Source: an uncultured Clostridia bacterium (GTDB taxonomy: Bacteria; Bacillota; Clostridia; Oscillospirales; CAG-272). Taken from it: a stretch of 59,676 nt of DNA. Within the stretch, counting starts at the first letter, position 1; every line of letters starts with the position of its first letter. The translations under genes were made by a program, and so were the position numbers. The notes below the pieces were generated by a model, which saw nothing but the letters and a program-made list of their open reading frames with translations, ran no database searches and was not told the DNA's origin. This document shows, in pieces, positions 29,020-39,080 of this stretch. The DNA lies in assembly GCA_947628165.1 (NCBI GenBank), contig CANQYV010000003.1, forward strand, positions 1 through 59,676, in the 5' to 3' direction.

Positions 29020-29111
29020 TATAATAAATTCTCCGTTCCGCCGCCGTGCGGCAGCATGATAAATTTTCGCCGGAAGCCTTATCCGGCAAAAGAGCCCCTT
29101 TTTAAAGGCGC

Positions 29112-30023
29112 TCAGTGCAGAAACTCGCGGAAGACCGAGTTCTTCGGCACCATTGAGATCGGTATCGGCCGTATCTCCCCGAGAGATTCCGATATGTGCC
29201 GCGCGCGTCCCGAGTAGGCGCTCCCGTCCGGCACGAGCCGTAGCAGGCATAATAGATACGGCGCGAGCACGCCCACCTCATAAGAAAGCAGCGAGTCGAG
29301 CAAAATGTCGCAGCCCGATGTATACGGCTCGATGTTCTTTATCTCGTTGTCGCGTACCTCGTCCCAGAGATAGAACGTCAGCTCCGGCGGCGCCGAGCGG
29401 TATCTGCAATCCCTGACGAGACGCCGCATGAGACGTATCTCCTCGGGCAAAAACACGACCCCGCCCGAAAGGAGCGGCTCGCCGACGCTGATGTGGATCC
29501 GTAGGGTCGAAAGTCCGTCGAGCGCCCCCGTTATCTCGGGATAAACGGCCTGTATCCCCTCGAAAAGTATGAGGTCTTCCGGCTCCCGCTTTATCGTCCT
29601 GTACCCGGAACGCACGCCGCTCACAAAATCAAAAATCGGCACGCGGACCTCGCCGCCGCGGAAAAGCGCGTCACGGAAGCGCAGAAACTCATCCATATCG
29701 ATGGACGCGATCGTTTCATAGTCGGGCTTCAGCTCTCCGTTTGCCGAGACCTTCATCGCGGCGTCCTCGCGGTTTTTGTAGAAGTCGTCAATGCTCACGA
29801 CGTGAGCTGTCCTGCCGGCGGCGCGAAATTCCGACAGCAGTTTTTTCGCCGTCGTCGTTTTCCCCGAGCAGGACGGGCCCGAAAGCAGCACGCAGGAGAG
29901 CCCCGGCTCAGATATCGCGCGCGATGACGCTGAGTTGAGCTGCGCTTCAAAATCGGCCTCCGCCTGCGCGATAAGCTCCGCAAGCTCGGCTTCGTTTTTC
30001 CAGTTTTGTCCGTTCACCTTCAT
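29112..30023 (-). CDS. Uridine/nucleoside kinase-like P-loop protein
   Basis: GPSCSGKTT, SIDDFY, ILFEGIQA, RLMRRLVRD.RYR. Confidence 0.8.
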   Translation of the reverse strand: MKVNGQNWKNEAELAELIAQAEADFEAQLNSASSRAISEPGLSCVLLSGPSCSGKTTTAKKLLSEFRAAGRTAHVVSIDDFYKNREDAAMKVSANGELKPDYETIASIDMDEFLRFRDALFRGGEVRVPIFDFVSGVRSGYRTIKREPEDLILFEGIQAVYPEITGALDGLSTLRIHISVGEPLLSGGVVFLPEEIRLMRRLVRDCRYRSAPPELTFYLWDEVRDNEIKNIEPYTSGCDILLDSLLSYEVGVLAPYLLCLLRLVPDGSAYSGRARHISESLGEIRPIPISMVPKNSVFREFLH

Positions 30024-30057
30024 GTCGGCTCCCCCCTTTCTTTCGTGTTTTTTTGCT

Positions 30058-31614
30058 TTAAGCCTGCCGTCCGCTCTGGCCGGCGTAGAACTCCTTTATC
30101 CTTTCGTTGTCGGCAAGTATCGCCTTGTCCCTGTCCGCGGCGTCCGACTCCTTAAGATATTCATACGGATATTTCGGATTGAATATTCGCTTTATCTTGA
30201 CGGTGGACCCGTCGTCCGCGCCGCCTATGTTGCCGTCGCAGTCGCGGGGCAGAACGAGCCTGTTGACGGCTCCGGCTCCGGCGGAGATGACGGAATGTAT
30301 CTCCTCCATCATGACGATGTTGTAAAGCCCCTCGTATCCGTCGAGCGCAAAACCGACGTTCTCGTAATTGCCGACCGTGTTCTTCTGCCTGTAAATATAG
30401 TACGGACGGAAGCCGTTCTCCTTTGCCCGTATCTGAGAATAATCTACGCTCTTGCCGGCGTCTTTATTCACGCGGGAGTATACCGTCGCGCCGTGCTTCA
30501 ATATATCCGCCGCTTTTTTGACCGTAAACGTGTGTACGGTGATATTTTCCGGCCTCAGCTCCATCACTCTGTCAAATGACTTTGAGAAGCTGATGAAATT
30601 CTCCCCCGGAAGCCCCGCGATAAGGTCCGTGTTTATGCAGTCGATGCCGGAGTTCACCGCTATCTCGAACGCGTGGTAAAAATCCTCCGACGTGTGCGAG
30701 CGCCCGATGCTGCGGAGCACCTCGTCGTTTATCGTCTGCGTGTTCACGCTTATGCGATTGACTCCCATCCGCTTTGCAATGCGGAGCTTTCCCGCCGTTA
30801 TCGTATCGGGTCTGCCCGCCTCGAGCGTGAACTCGCGAAGCTCGCCGACGTCTGTCCCCGCCGCGACATGAGAGAGGACGCGCGTCAGCTGCTCCTCGGT
30901 CAGTATCGTCGGCGTGCCGCCGCCTATGTATACGGACGCGACCTTAAGCCCGAGCTCACGGATGAGTGCGAAGCGGAGGTCTATCTCGCGGCAGAGCGCG
31001 TCAACATAATCGGGTATGAGCGAGAGCAGCTTTTTTGAAGTATATGAGACGAACGAGCAGTACGCGCACCGCGACGGACAGAACGGTATTGAAATATATA
31101 CGCTGCAATATCCGCTGTAATAAGGGCTCGCGAGCCTCGCCTCAAGCTGCGCTATCTCCGTGACGAGCGCCGCCTTTTTAGGATAAAGGAAGTAATCCTG
31201 GCGCAGTGCGCTCTTCGTCTTTGCAGACGAAAATCCGCGCCGCAGGTAGTCGCTCGCGACCTTTGCCGGGCGGACGCCCGTCATGATGCCCCACGACGGA
31301 GTATAGTGCATGAATTCCTCGCACGCGGCGAGCATGGCGGCGCCGGATGCGAGCTTCAGTATCATAACGGGGCTGCGCACCCCGTCAAAATCGACGCGCC
31401 TCTCAACGGACGCCATCCGCGTTTTGTCGGCGACGGTCGCGCGCGCAGAGACGCCGTCAGCGTCCGTCCTTATGACGAAGCGAACGGCGGGCGAGTCCTC
31501 GTCGGACTCGGAGTCCGCGCCGAACTTCGCTCCCGGCCACCAAATCATGCAGAGCGTCTGAAAATAATATTCGCTTGTCTTGATCTTGCCGTCGGTATCA
31601 ATCGTCAGCTTCAT
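30058..31614 (-). CDS. hemZ: HemZ-type radical SAM protein (coproporphyrinogen dehydrogenase-like)
   Basis: WGIMTGVRP, CPSRCAYC, YIGGGTPT, EAGRPDTIT, PYYIYRQK. Confidence 0.9.
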   Translation of the reverse strand: MKLTIDTDGKIKTSEYYFQTLCMIWWPGAKFGADSESDEDSPAVRFVIRTDADGVSARATVADKTRMASVERRVDFDGVRSPVMILKLASGAAMLAACEEFMHYTPSWGIMTGVRPAKVASDYLRRGFSSAKTKSALRQDYFLYPKKAALVTEIAQLEARLASPYYSGYCSVYISIPFCPSRCAYCSFVSYTSKKLLSLIPDYVDALCREIDLRFALIRELGLKVASVYIGGGTPTILTEEQLTRVLSHVAAGTDVGELREFTLEAGRPDTITAGKLRIAKRMGVNRISVNTQTINDEVLRSIGRSHTSEDFYHAFEIAVNSGIDCINTDLIAGLPGENFISFSKSFDRVMELRPENITVHTFTVKKAADILKHGATVYSRVNKDAGKSVDYSQIRAKENGFRPYYIYRQKNTVGNYENVGFALDGYEGLYNIVMMEEIHSVISAGAGAVNRLVLPRDCDGNIGGADDGSTVKIKRIFNPKYPYEYLKESDAADRDKAILADNERIKEFYAGQSGRQA

Positions 31615-31648
31615 TATCCTGTCATTGCCCTTCTCTTTATTTTGAGCG

Positions 31649-32104
31649 TTATTTTCTCGGCAGCGCGTGAGAGTCAAGCGGGATTATGACGGGACCGTCC
31701 ATTTTCATGTCGACCGTCATCCTCGCCCCGAACATTCCGTGCTCGGCTGAAACGCCGCGCGCGTTTATCTCGTTTATGAAATATTCATAGAGCGGGAGGG
31801 AGACCTCGCGCGGAGCGGCGTGCGAATAATCGGGCCTCGTCCCGCGGTAGCAGTCGGCAAGCAGCGTGAAATTTGAAATGACGAGTATGCTGCCGCCGAC
31901 GTCCCGGACCGAGAGATTGAGCTTTCCCTCTCCGTCTCGGAACACCCTCAGCTTCAGTATTTTGTCGATCAGCGTCCTTGCGTCCGCCTCGGTATCGCCG
32001 ACGGCGACTCCGAGCGCGATGACGAGCCCGCGTCCGCATGAGCCGACGCGCACCCCGTCAACGGAGACGCACGCCTCATGAACTCTTTCCACTATCGCAA
32101 TCAA
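31649..32104 (-). CDS. dtd: D-aminoacyl-tRNA deacylase
   Basis: ISNFTL, FGARM.V...DGPV; follows rel. Confidence 0.92.
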   Translation of the reverse strand: MIAIVERVHEACVSVDGVRVGSCGRGLVIALGVAVGDTEADARTLIDKILKLRVFRDGEGKLNLSVRDVGGSILVISNFTLLADCYRGTRPDYSHAAPREVSLPLYEYFINEINARGVSAEHGMFGARMTVDMKMDGPVIIPLDSHALPRK

Positions 32105-32132
32105 AGGCTTGCCCCCCTTTTTTTCGCGGGTA

Positions 32133-34433
32133 TCAGTTGTATCCGCGAGTGATGCGGACGACGTCCTTTATGCCGCGCAGACGCGAAACAATCGAGTTGT
32201 AGTGGTTCATGTCCTTGCACGCTATCTTCAGATTTATTATTATCTCGTCGTCCGTCTGCTTTTTCGTCATGATGCTGAGAAGGGAGACCTTCATGTCGGC
32301 GAGTATCGCCGTAAGCTCCGCGACTATCGTCATGCTGTTGACGGCGTATATCTGAAGCAGTGCCTCGTAAAGGTCGCCGGGGCGTTTGTCCGTCTCGTCC
32401 CAGTGCGCCGAGACCCAGCGGTCGGGGTCGGCTCCCGGAGCCGTCATCGCGTGCGTGACGTTTGGGCAGTCGCGCTTGTGTATCGATATGCCGAAGCCCT
32501 TTGTGATAAAGCCGATAACGGAATCTCCCGGCAGCGGGTTGCAGCATTTGGCGAACTTGACCTGCATCCCCGACACGCCGTCGACGACGATGCCTGACGA
32601 TGACTTGACGCGCCGCGTCGTCGTCTGCACCTGCTCAACCTTGAGCGGCGCTTCGTGCGGCGCCTCCGTCTTCTGAACGCGCTCGTATTCATCCCTCAGC
32701 TTCGGCACTATCTTCGTTATCGGTATGCCGCCGTACCCGAGGGTGTTGTAGAGATCGTCCGCCGTCTGTATGCCTATGCGCTTGGCGACGGTGACGACGA
32801 TCTCGTTTTTCTTCTCGTCGGAGATATCGTGGGCAAACTTCGCAAATTCTCGGTCGACCTCGTTCCTTCCGACTATGATGTTCTCGGCGCGCCTCTCTTT
32901 TTTGAACCACGCGCGTATCTTTCCCCTTGCCTCGCTCGTCGCCGCTATCTTGAGCCAGTCGCGGCTCGGTCCTTTTGACGACGACGAGGTCAGTATCTCT
33001 ACTATCTCTCCGTTCTGCGGGCAGCTGTCTATCGGCGTTATCACGCCGTTGACCTTCGCGCCCACCATGCGGTGCCCGACCTCGGAATGTATCGCGTATG
33101 CGAAATCTATGATAGTGCCGTCCTGCGGCAGCGAGATCAGGTCCCCCTTCGGCGTAAAGACGAACTTTTCGTCATGGTAAACGTCGATTTTCAGCGCCTC
33201 CATGAACTCGTCGGGGTCGCGCGTCTCGTCCTCTGTCTCGATGAGCTTCGAGATCCACTGGAGCTTTCTGTCTATGTCCGCCTTCGACTGCTCGCCGGAT
33301 TTGTACTTCCAGTGCGCGGCGATACCGTATTCGGCGACCTGATGCATCGCCTTTGTCCTTATCTGAACCTCGAACGGGATGCCGTCGCGTCCGATGACGG
33401 TCGTGTGCAGCGACTGATACATATTCGGCTTCGGCGTCGAGATGTAGTCCTTGAACCTGCCGGGCATCGATTTATAGAGCTCATGTATGATGCCGAGCGC
33501 CGTGTAGCACTCGAGCTCCGTGTCGACGATTATCCTGACGGCGTAAAAGTCGTATATCTCGTCAAAGCTCTTTTTCTGATTATACATCTTGTTATAGATG
33601 CTGAAAACGGTCTTGACGCGGCCCTCAAGCGTGAAGTTGATGTCGTATTCCGAGAGCTTTTTTCCTATCTCGTCCTGAATGTTCTCGATAAAGTCGCGGT
33701 TCTGGCCGTATTTCTTGTCTATATAATCGCTCACTTCCGCGTACCCGATAGGGTCGAGGTACGAAAGGGCGAGCAGCTCGAGCTCCTGTTTTATGCGCTG
33801 GATACCGAGCCTGTGCGCGAGCGGCGCGTAAACGTACATCGTTTCAAGCGCCGTCGAGCGGCGCTTAGACTCCTCCTTAGCGCCGAGGGTGCGCATATTG
33901 TGGAGCCTGTCGCAGAGCTTGATGAATATGACTCTTATGTCCCGCGACATGGCGAGCAGCATTTTGCGTATGTTCTCGACCTGCTGCGACTGCTTGTCGC
34001 CGACGTCGATGCTCACCATCTTCGTCAGTCCGTCGACGAGCTCGGCGACAGTCGGGCCGAAGCGGGAGGATATCTCCTCGATGCTCGTCTTGTCGCCGCA
34101 GTCCTCTATCGTGTCGTGCAGAAGCGCCGCGACGATCGCGTCCGTATCGAGTCCGAGAGACGCCGCTATCTTTGCGACGGCGACGGGATGAACGATATAG
34201 GGCTCGCCGGAACGGCGGCGCTGCCCCTCGTGCATCAGCTTTGCGTACTCGTATGCGTCCGCTATCTTCTTCATATTATACGGCTTGCCGTATGACGCGA
34301 GCTCCGTCATGAGACTGAGCTTCAGCTCGTCGGCAACCGGTCTCTCCGCCGTCGGATTTTCCGTCGCCGGATTATCGACCGCCGGATTTTCGGCTGTATC
34401 CGTATTTTTATTTTCGACAAAGTCGTCTGCCAT
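32133..34433 (-). CDS. relA: Bifunctional (p)ppGpp synthetase/hydrolase
   Basis: HD domain (LLHDTIED), synthetase (GRVK, KPNMYQSLHT, EVQIRT), TGS, ZFD (AKCCNP), ACT. Confidence 0.97.
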   Translation of the reverse strand: MADDFVENKNTDTAENPAVDNPATENPTAERPVADELKLSLMTELASYGKPYNMKKIADAYEYAKLMHEGQRRRSGEPYIVHPVAVAKIAASLGLDTDAIVAALLHDTIEDCGDKTSIEEISSRFGPTVAELVDGLTKMVSIDVGDKQSQQVENIRKMLLAMSRDIRVIFIKLCDRLHNMRTLGAKEESKRRSTALETMYVYAPLAHRLGIQRIKQELELLALSYLDPIGYAEVSDYIDKKYGQNRDFIENIQDEIGKKLSEYDINFTLEGRVKTVFSIYNKMYNQKKSFDEIYDFYAVRIIVDTELECYTALGIIHELYKSMPGRFKDYISTPKPNMYQSLHTTVIGRDGIPFEVQIRTKAMHQVAEYGIAAHWKYKSGEQSKADIDRKLQWISKLIETEDETRDPDEFMEALKIDVYHDEKFVFTPKGDLISLPQDGTIIDFAYAIHSEVGHRMVGAKVNGVITPIDSCPQNGEIVEILTSSSSKGPSRDWLKIAATSEARGKIRAWFKKERRAENIIVGRNEVDREFAKFAHDISDEKKNEIVVTVAKRIGIQTADDLYNTLGYGGIPITKIVPKLRDEYERVQKTEAPHEAPLKVEQVQTTTRRVKSSSGIVVDGVSGMQVKFAKCCNPLPGDSVIGFITKGFGISIHKRDCPNVTHAMTAPGADPDRWVSAHWDETDKRPGDLYEALLQIYAVNSMTIVAELTAILADMKVSLLSIMTKKQTDDEIIINLKIACKDMNHYNSIVSRLRGIKDVVRITRGYN

Positions 34434-34455
34434 AAAGTGCCTTCCGTGTACTCTT

Positions 34456-36579
34456 TTATAGATATTTCTTTCTCAGCATGGTCAAAAGCTCGGAATCGTC
34501 GAGATTGACGTGCATTTTTTCGGGCGGCAGGGCGGCTTCAAACGTCTCCCCGTCGAGTCGCGGCACGAGTATGCCGAGCTCGGAGAAGATGTCGAGCGCA
34601 AGCCTTACCTTTATCCGGCATATGCCCGCGGCAGCCGCGGCGTCACCGAGAGTGTGCCTTTTTTCGCCTGTCCGTATCCTTTCGACAACGGTGCGGTAAA
34701 GACATGCCATATCCTGTCTTGTCGGGACGAACGCTTCGTATCCCGCTTTCCTCACGGCTTTCCCCGAGCGGAGCGAGTCATACAGCTCCGCCTCGCGCTC
34801 CGCGTTTATCCTGAGCCCGCGGACGAGGAGCCGCACGGACCTTGTCCCGCGGAACTCGTTCACGTCGAGATTATAGAGCAGGTCGACGATGTCTCCTGCC
34901 GACGCCGAAAGCTCTTTTGCCGTCACCGAGAAGCACATGGCGCAAAGCCCGTCGCCGTCGTCCGCGCACACCGTCAGCCTCGTATGCTTGTCCTCGCCTA
35001 CGCCGACGGCGGAAATTATGCGGACCCCTTCCGTCATGAAGAGCGGCTCACCGTTCCCTTCTCCGAAAGGCTCGAGCTTTAAAAGCTCGTCCGCCAGTCC
35101 GAGAGTTATCTCATCGGTCAAAAGCAAGTCGTCAGCCGTTATCTCGGGCTCGGGCGCGCAATTTTCCATGATTCCGCGCGCGTATTCGTTGACGGCGCGT
35201 CTGAAGCCGTCGAGCTGCCCTCTTTCAAGCGAAATACCACCGGCAAGCTCGTGCCCTCCGAATTTCAAAAGATGCTCCGAGCACGCCCCGAACGCGCGCG
35301 CAAGGTCAAGCCCCGAAACGCTCCTGCCGGACCCTTTTCCGACATCATGTTTCCCGCCGCCTCCGCCTTCAAACGTTATTATTATCGAGGGCTTTGAGTA
35401 TTTTTCCGTGATATGCGAGGCGACTATCCCAATTACTCCGTGATGCCAGTCGTCGCCCGCAAGCACGATGACGGGATCCTGCGAGATGTCGGGGCTTTCG
35501 CTTATCATCGCGCACGCCTCGGCCGTGGTCTTTGCCTCGAGCCGCTGACGCTCAAGATTCAGGCAGCAGAGCTCGCGCGCGAGCGCAGCTGCCGCCTCCC
35601 TGTTATCGGTCGTGAAAAGCCTCACCGCCAATGACGCGTCGCTCATCCGTCCCGCGGCGTTTATACGCGGACCGAGCGTGAAACCTATGTATCCCGACGT
35701 CACGCGCGGCCTTTTTTTCAGCTCGCGCGCCCCGTCTGACATGCTCGCCTCTATGAGCGCCGCGACGCCGGGGCGCGACATATCTGCTATCCTCGAAAGC
35801 CCGAAGCCGACTATGACTCGGTTCTCGTCCGTCATAGGCATGACGTCCGTGACCGTGCCTATCGCCACAAGGTCTATATATCTGCCGCTCACCGAAAGCG
35901 TCGCTTTTTCGGTGTCGCCGCCGCATCTGAGCTTTGCCTCCAGCGCGCAGACGAGCTTGTATACGACGCCGACGCCGGCAAGTCCCGAAAAGGGATACCC
36001 GCTGTCCTCTCTTTTGGGATTGACGACCGCCGCGGCGTCCGGCAGCTCCGTCGTGCATTTGTGATGGTCGGTCACAACTACGTCCACGCCGAGCTGCCGC
36101 GCGGTCTTTACCTCCTCGACCGCGGTCGTGCCGCAGTCGACGGTTATTATGAGCCGCGCGCCGTCTCCCGCGAGCTTTTTGACCGCGTCGACAGTCATTC
36201 CGTAGCCCTCGGAGCGCTTAGGAACATAAAAATCGACGTCGGCGCCGAGTTCCGATAAATAAAGGTAAAGGACGCTGACAGAAGTAACGCCGTCAGCGTC
36301 GTAATCTCCGAAAATAAGTATTTTTTCCCGCTCCGATACGGCGCGCCCTATCCTTTCGACGGCACAGTCCATATCGGGGAGCAGGAACGGATCGTGGAAC
36401 GATGTGTTCTCCATCCGCAAAAATGCCCGTGCCTCATCGGCAGTCCGACAGCCTCGCCGGCATAAGAGCCGCCCCATCGCGGGGGAAACGCCGAGCCCGC
36501 AGCACACATCCGAGACGGACGCTGAGTCCGCCTCGGGCATTACCGTCCATTTTATATTGTCTTTTACAAATCCCCGCAT
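34456..36579 (-). CDS. recJ: Single-stranded-DNA exonuclease RecJ
   Basis: GDYDADG, TVDCG, TDHH, GPRINAAGR, GGHELAGG. Confidence 0.96.
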   Translation of the reverse strand: MRGFVKDNIKWTVMPEADSASVSDVCCGLGVSPAMGRLLCRRGCRTADEARAFLRMENTSFHDPFLLPDMDCAVERIGRAVSEREKILIFGDYDADGVTSVSVLYLYLSELGADVDFYVPKRSEGYGMTVDAVKKLAGDGARLIITVDCGTTAVEEVKTARQLGVDVVVTDHHKCTTELPDAAAVVNPKREDSGYPFSGLAGVGVVYKLVCALEAKLRCGGDTEKATLSVSGRYIDLVAIGTVTDVMPMTDENRVIVGFGLSRIADMSRPGVAALIEASMSDGARELKKRPRVTSGYIGFTLGPRINAAGRMSDASLAVRLFTTDNREAAAALARELCCLNLERQRLEAKTTAEACAMISESPDISQDPVIVLAGDDWHHGVIGIVASHITEKYSKPSIIITFEGGGGGKHDVGKGSGRSVSGLDLARAFGACSEHLLKFGGHELAGGISLERGQLDGFRRAVNEYARGIMENCAPEPEITADDLLLTDEITLGLADELLKLEPFGEGNGEPLFMTEGVRIISAVGVGEDKHTRLTVCADDGDGLCAMCFSVTAKELSASAGDIVDLLYNLDVNEFRGTRSVRLLVRGLRINAEREAELYDSLRSGKAVRKAGYEAFVPTRQDMACLYRTVVERIRTGEKRHTLGDAAAAAGICRIKVRLALDIFSELGILVPRLDGETFEAALPPEKMHVNLDDSELLTMLRKKYL

Positions 36580-36581
36580 AC

Positions 36582-37850
36582 TCAGCTGACAGCTCCGCTT
36601 ATCGTTACGTCAACGTAATATACTCCGATCTCGTACACGGTCTCAGTCGACGGGAATGACAGAACGACCGGCACGCGCACCGTCGCCGACTGACCGGGCA
36701 GAACCCCCGAATAGCTCGAAAGGTCGATCTTCGCCGTTATATTCTCCGGCGACACCTGATAGAGCTCGCCGGGATCGCCCCTCAGCGTCAGCATCAGGGA
36801 GTCCTGCGAGAGCGTGTACGCAAGCCCCTGCGGGTTCACGACGCAGCTGTCGTCTATCGGTATTATGAGGCTTCGCTTTTCAGTGCCCTTATGCTTTATA
36901 GACACGTTGACGTGAGTGACGCCGTCCATATTCTCGACGCCGTCGGGCAGGACGAGATTGGCTTCAAACGACGTGTCGTCGGAGATGAGCTTTTCGTCTA
37001 TCCTTGTAACAAGGATGTGATCTATGTCATTTATGACCGCCGCGTCCCCGCGGATGTTTATCGTCTGTCTGTCAAGCGAGATCTCAACGTTTTCGTTGTT
37101 GTAAAATCCGTTCACGAACTCGACCGTCAGCGGGACCTCCTTGTTCGCGTAAATCGGGAGGAATACCCTGACCTCCGAGTTTGACATCGTCACATACGGA
37201 TTTGAAACGACGCCGCCGTTTTTGTCGACGAGGGATATGCTGCCGTATGCCGTAACAGAGCCCGTGACGTGACCGAGATCTGGCACGAGCACCTCCGCGT
37301 GGTCGATCTCGGCAAGATACCGGGACGGTCCCGTAACGGTGACGGTCGAAACGGAGAGCTCCGCGTCTCCCTGTGTGAATCCTTCTTCAATGACGAGCCC
37401 GCTGTATCTGCACCTGATGTCGACCGTGATGCGCTCACGTCTGTCGACTTCTACCGTCACTGTGTCTGCCGACCTTGAGACTATGTCGGTATCGTCAGGC
37501 ACCGTGAGAGACACGTCGAGCTGATATTCTCCCGCCTCGCTTATCTCCGACACGTCCGCCGTCGCCTTTATGTCATCGGCGGTCAGTCCAGAGATGAGGT
37601 TCTTTTTTCCGCGGAGCGTCACGTCGACGGTGCTTGAATATCCGCCGTATATCATTAGCCCGCTGTCGATCTCGATGTCGTCCGTGTTGATAAGCTCGAT
37701 CGGGACGCCCTCTATCGTCTCTTCCCAATCGGGATTCTCGGCCTCCATGACGTATATCCACAAAATGAGCGCGAGCACGAGACATACCGCCTTCGCGATA
37801 AGATCGTGATGCTTGCCGCCGTGCGCGTCGGACGAGATCCTGTCTGCCAT
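36582..37850 (-). CDS. cdaR: CdaR/YbbR-domain regulator of diadenylate cyclase
   Basis: N-terminal TM (LALILWIYV) followed by repeated YbbR-like domains; directly after cdaA. Confidence 0.85.
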   Translation of the reverse strand: MADRISSDAHGGKHHDLIAKAVCLVLALILWIYVMEAENPDWEETIEGVPIELINTDDIEIDSGLMIYGGYSSTVDVTLRGKKNLISGLTADDIKATADVSEISEAGEYQLDVSLTVPDDTDIVSRSADTVTVEVDRRERITVDIRCRYSGLVIEEGFTQGDAELSVSTVTVTGPSRYLAEIDHAEVLVPDLGHVTGSVTAYGSISLVDKNGGVVSNPYVTMSNSEVRVFLPIYANKEVPLTVEFVNGFYNNENVEISLDRQTINIRGDAAVINDIDHILVTRIDEKLISDDTSFEANLVLPDGVENMDGVTHVNVSIKHKGTEKRSLIIPIDDSCVVNPQGLAYTLSQDSLMLTLRGDPGELYQVSPENITAKIDLSSYSGVLPGQSATVRVPVVLSFPSTETVYEIGVYYVDVTISGAVS

Positions 37851-37862
37851 GTGCCGCCCTCC

Positions 37863-38840
37863 TTACTTACGATCTTCTTCGGCGTCGTCGGCGCGAGCGT
37901 CGGCATCGGCTTTTTCCGCCTTGCCGGACTTTCCCGACTTATCCGTCTTTATCATACCGGCGACGCTCTTTACGGTGCGCCTTATCGTGTGTTTTTTGTC
38001 GTCGTCCTCATCGCCGACAAGGTCGGCTCTCAGCTGCGCCTTGAGCATTGTGGGCGTGAAGTTTCGCATTATCTCGCCGCCTACGACATAGGAAACTATG
38101 CCGGTCTCCTCGCTGCATACGATAACGACGGCGTCGCTGTTCTCGGAAAGGCCTATCGCCGCCCTGTGGCGCATGCCGAGGTCCTTAATAAGGTCGGTGC
38201 GCGTCGTCAGCGGCAAAAGGCAGCCTGCGGCGTGTATCCTGCAGTCGCGGATTATCATCGCGCCGTCATGCATCGGCGCCTTGTTGTAAAAAATATTCTT
38301 TATCAGCTCGCGCTGGACGTCGGCGTTTATAACGGTGCCCGTTATGATGTGGTCGCCGAGCAGCGTCGTGCGCTCGATGACTATGAGCGCGCCGGTCTTT
38401 GATTCGGAAAGCTCGGCGACGGTCTCCGCGAGCTCGTCTATCATCGCCGTCGTCTCGGATACGTCGCGCTGGCGCTTGAACGGGACCTTTACCGTCTCCC
38501 CGCCGAGCACCTCGAGAGCCGAGCGGAGTTCGGGCTGGAACACGACTATGACCGTGATCAGTCCTATCTGAAAGACATTTGTCAGAAGGAACTGTGCGGC
38601 GTGCATCTCAAGGATCTGCGTCACCGCGAGAATAAGCAGGAACACCGCAACACCGAGCGCGAGCTTCCCCGCGCGGCGGCGGCGTATGAATTTGAAAACG
38701 TAATAGAAGAGGACAGCGACAAAGAGAATGTCTATGATATTTACGAGGGAAGATAAAAACGAGTCGCGGAACGACAACAGCGACAGCGTCCGCATTATGT
38801 TTTCGGCGAACTCGCCGAGCCATGTCCTTACAGCTTCCAT
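37863..38840 (-). CDS. cdaA: Diadenylate cyclase CdaA
   Basis: Three TMs, FQPELR, GALIVIER, HDGA, RHRAA. Confidence 0.95.
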   Translation of the reverse strand: MEAVRTWLGEFAENIMRTLSLLSFRDSFLSSLVNIIDILFVAVLFYYVFKFIRRRRAGKLALGVAVFLLILAVTQILEMHAAQFLLTNVFQIGLITVIVVFQPELRSALEVLGGETVKVPFKRQRDVSETTAMIDELAETVAELSESKTGALIVIERTTLLGDHIITGTVINADVQRELIKNIFYNKAPMHDGAMIIRDCRIHAAGCLLPLTTRTDLIKDLGMRHRAAIGLSENSDAVVIVCSEETGIVSYVVGGEIMRNFTPTMLKAQLRADLVGDEDDDKKHTIRRTVKSVAGMIKTDKSGKSGKAEKADADARADDAEEDRK

Positions 38841-38886
38841 ACCGTTTCCTCCGTCCGTTATTACGCGCTTATGCGCCGACCAGTAT

Positions 38887-38915
38887 ATTGTACCACAAAT
38901 GCGCGAGCAATTCAA
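38887..38915 (-). promoter_or_regulatory. Sigma-A promoter of cdaA
   Basis: TTGAAT-17 nt-TACAAT with TG extension. Confidence 0.7.
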
Positions 38916-39020
38916 ATACTATTACAATAAAAAAGTACGCTTTTTTTGACCCGCGTGAAAAAATTCCGCATACTATTTCGCCTCTCTCCCGTTTTTTTGA
39001 CGCAAAATCGTTTTTTGCTC

Positions 39021-39049
39021 TTTTCACGGAGTCGTTATTGTGGTATAAT
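39021..39049 (+). promoter_or_regulatory. Sigma-A promoter of the oxidoreductase operon
   Basis: TTTTCA-17 nt-TATAAT with TG extension (TGGTATAAT). Confidence 0.65.
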
Positions 39050-39080
39050 AATTCAATTAACAAGTGTGGGAGGCCGCAGA

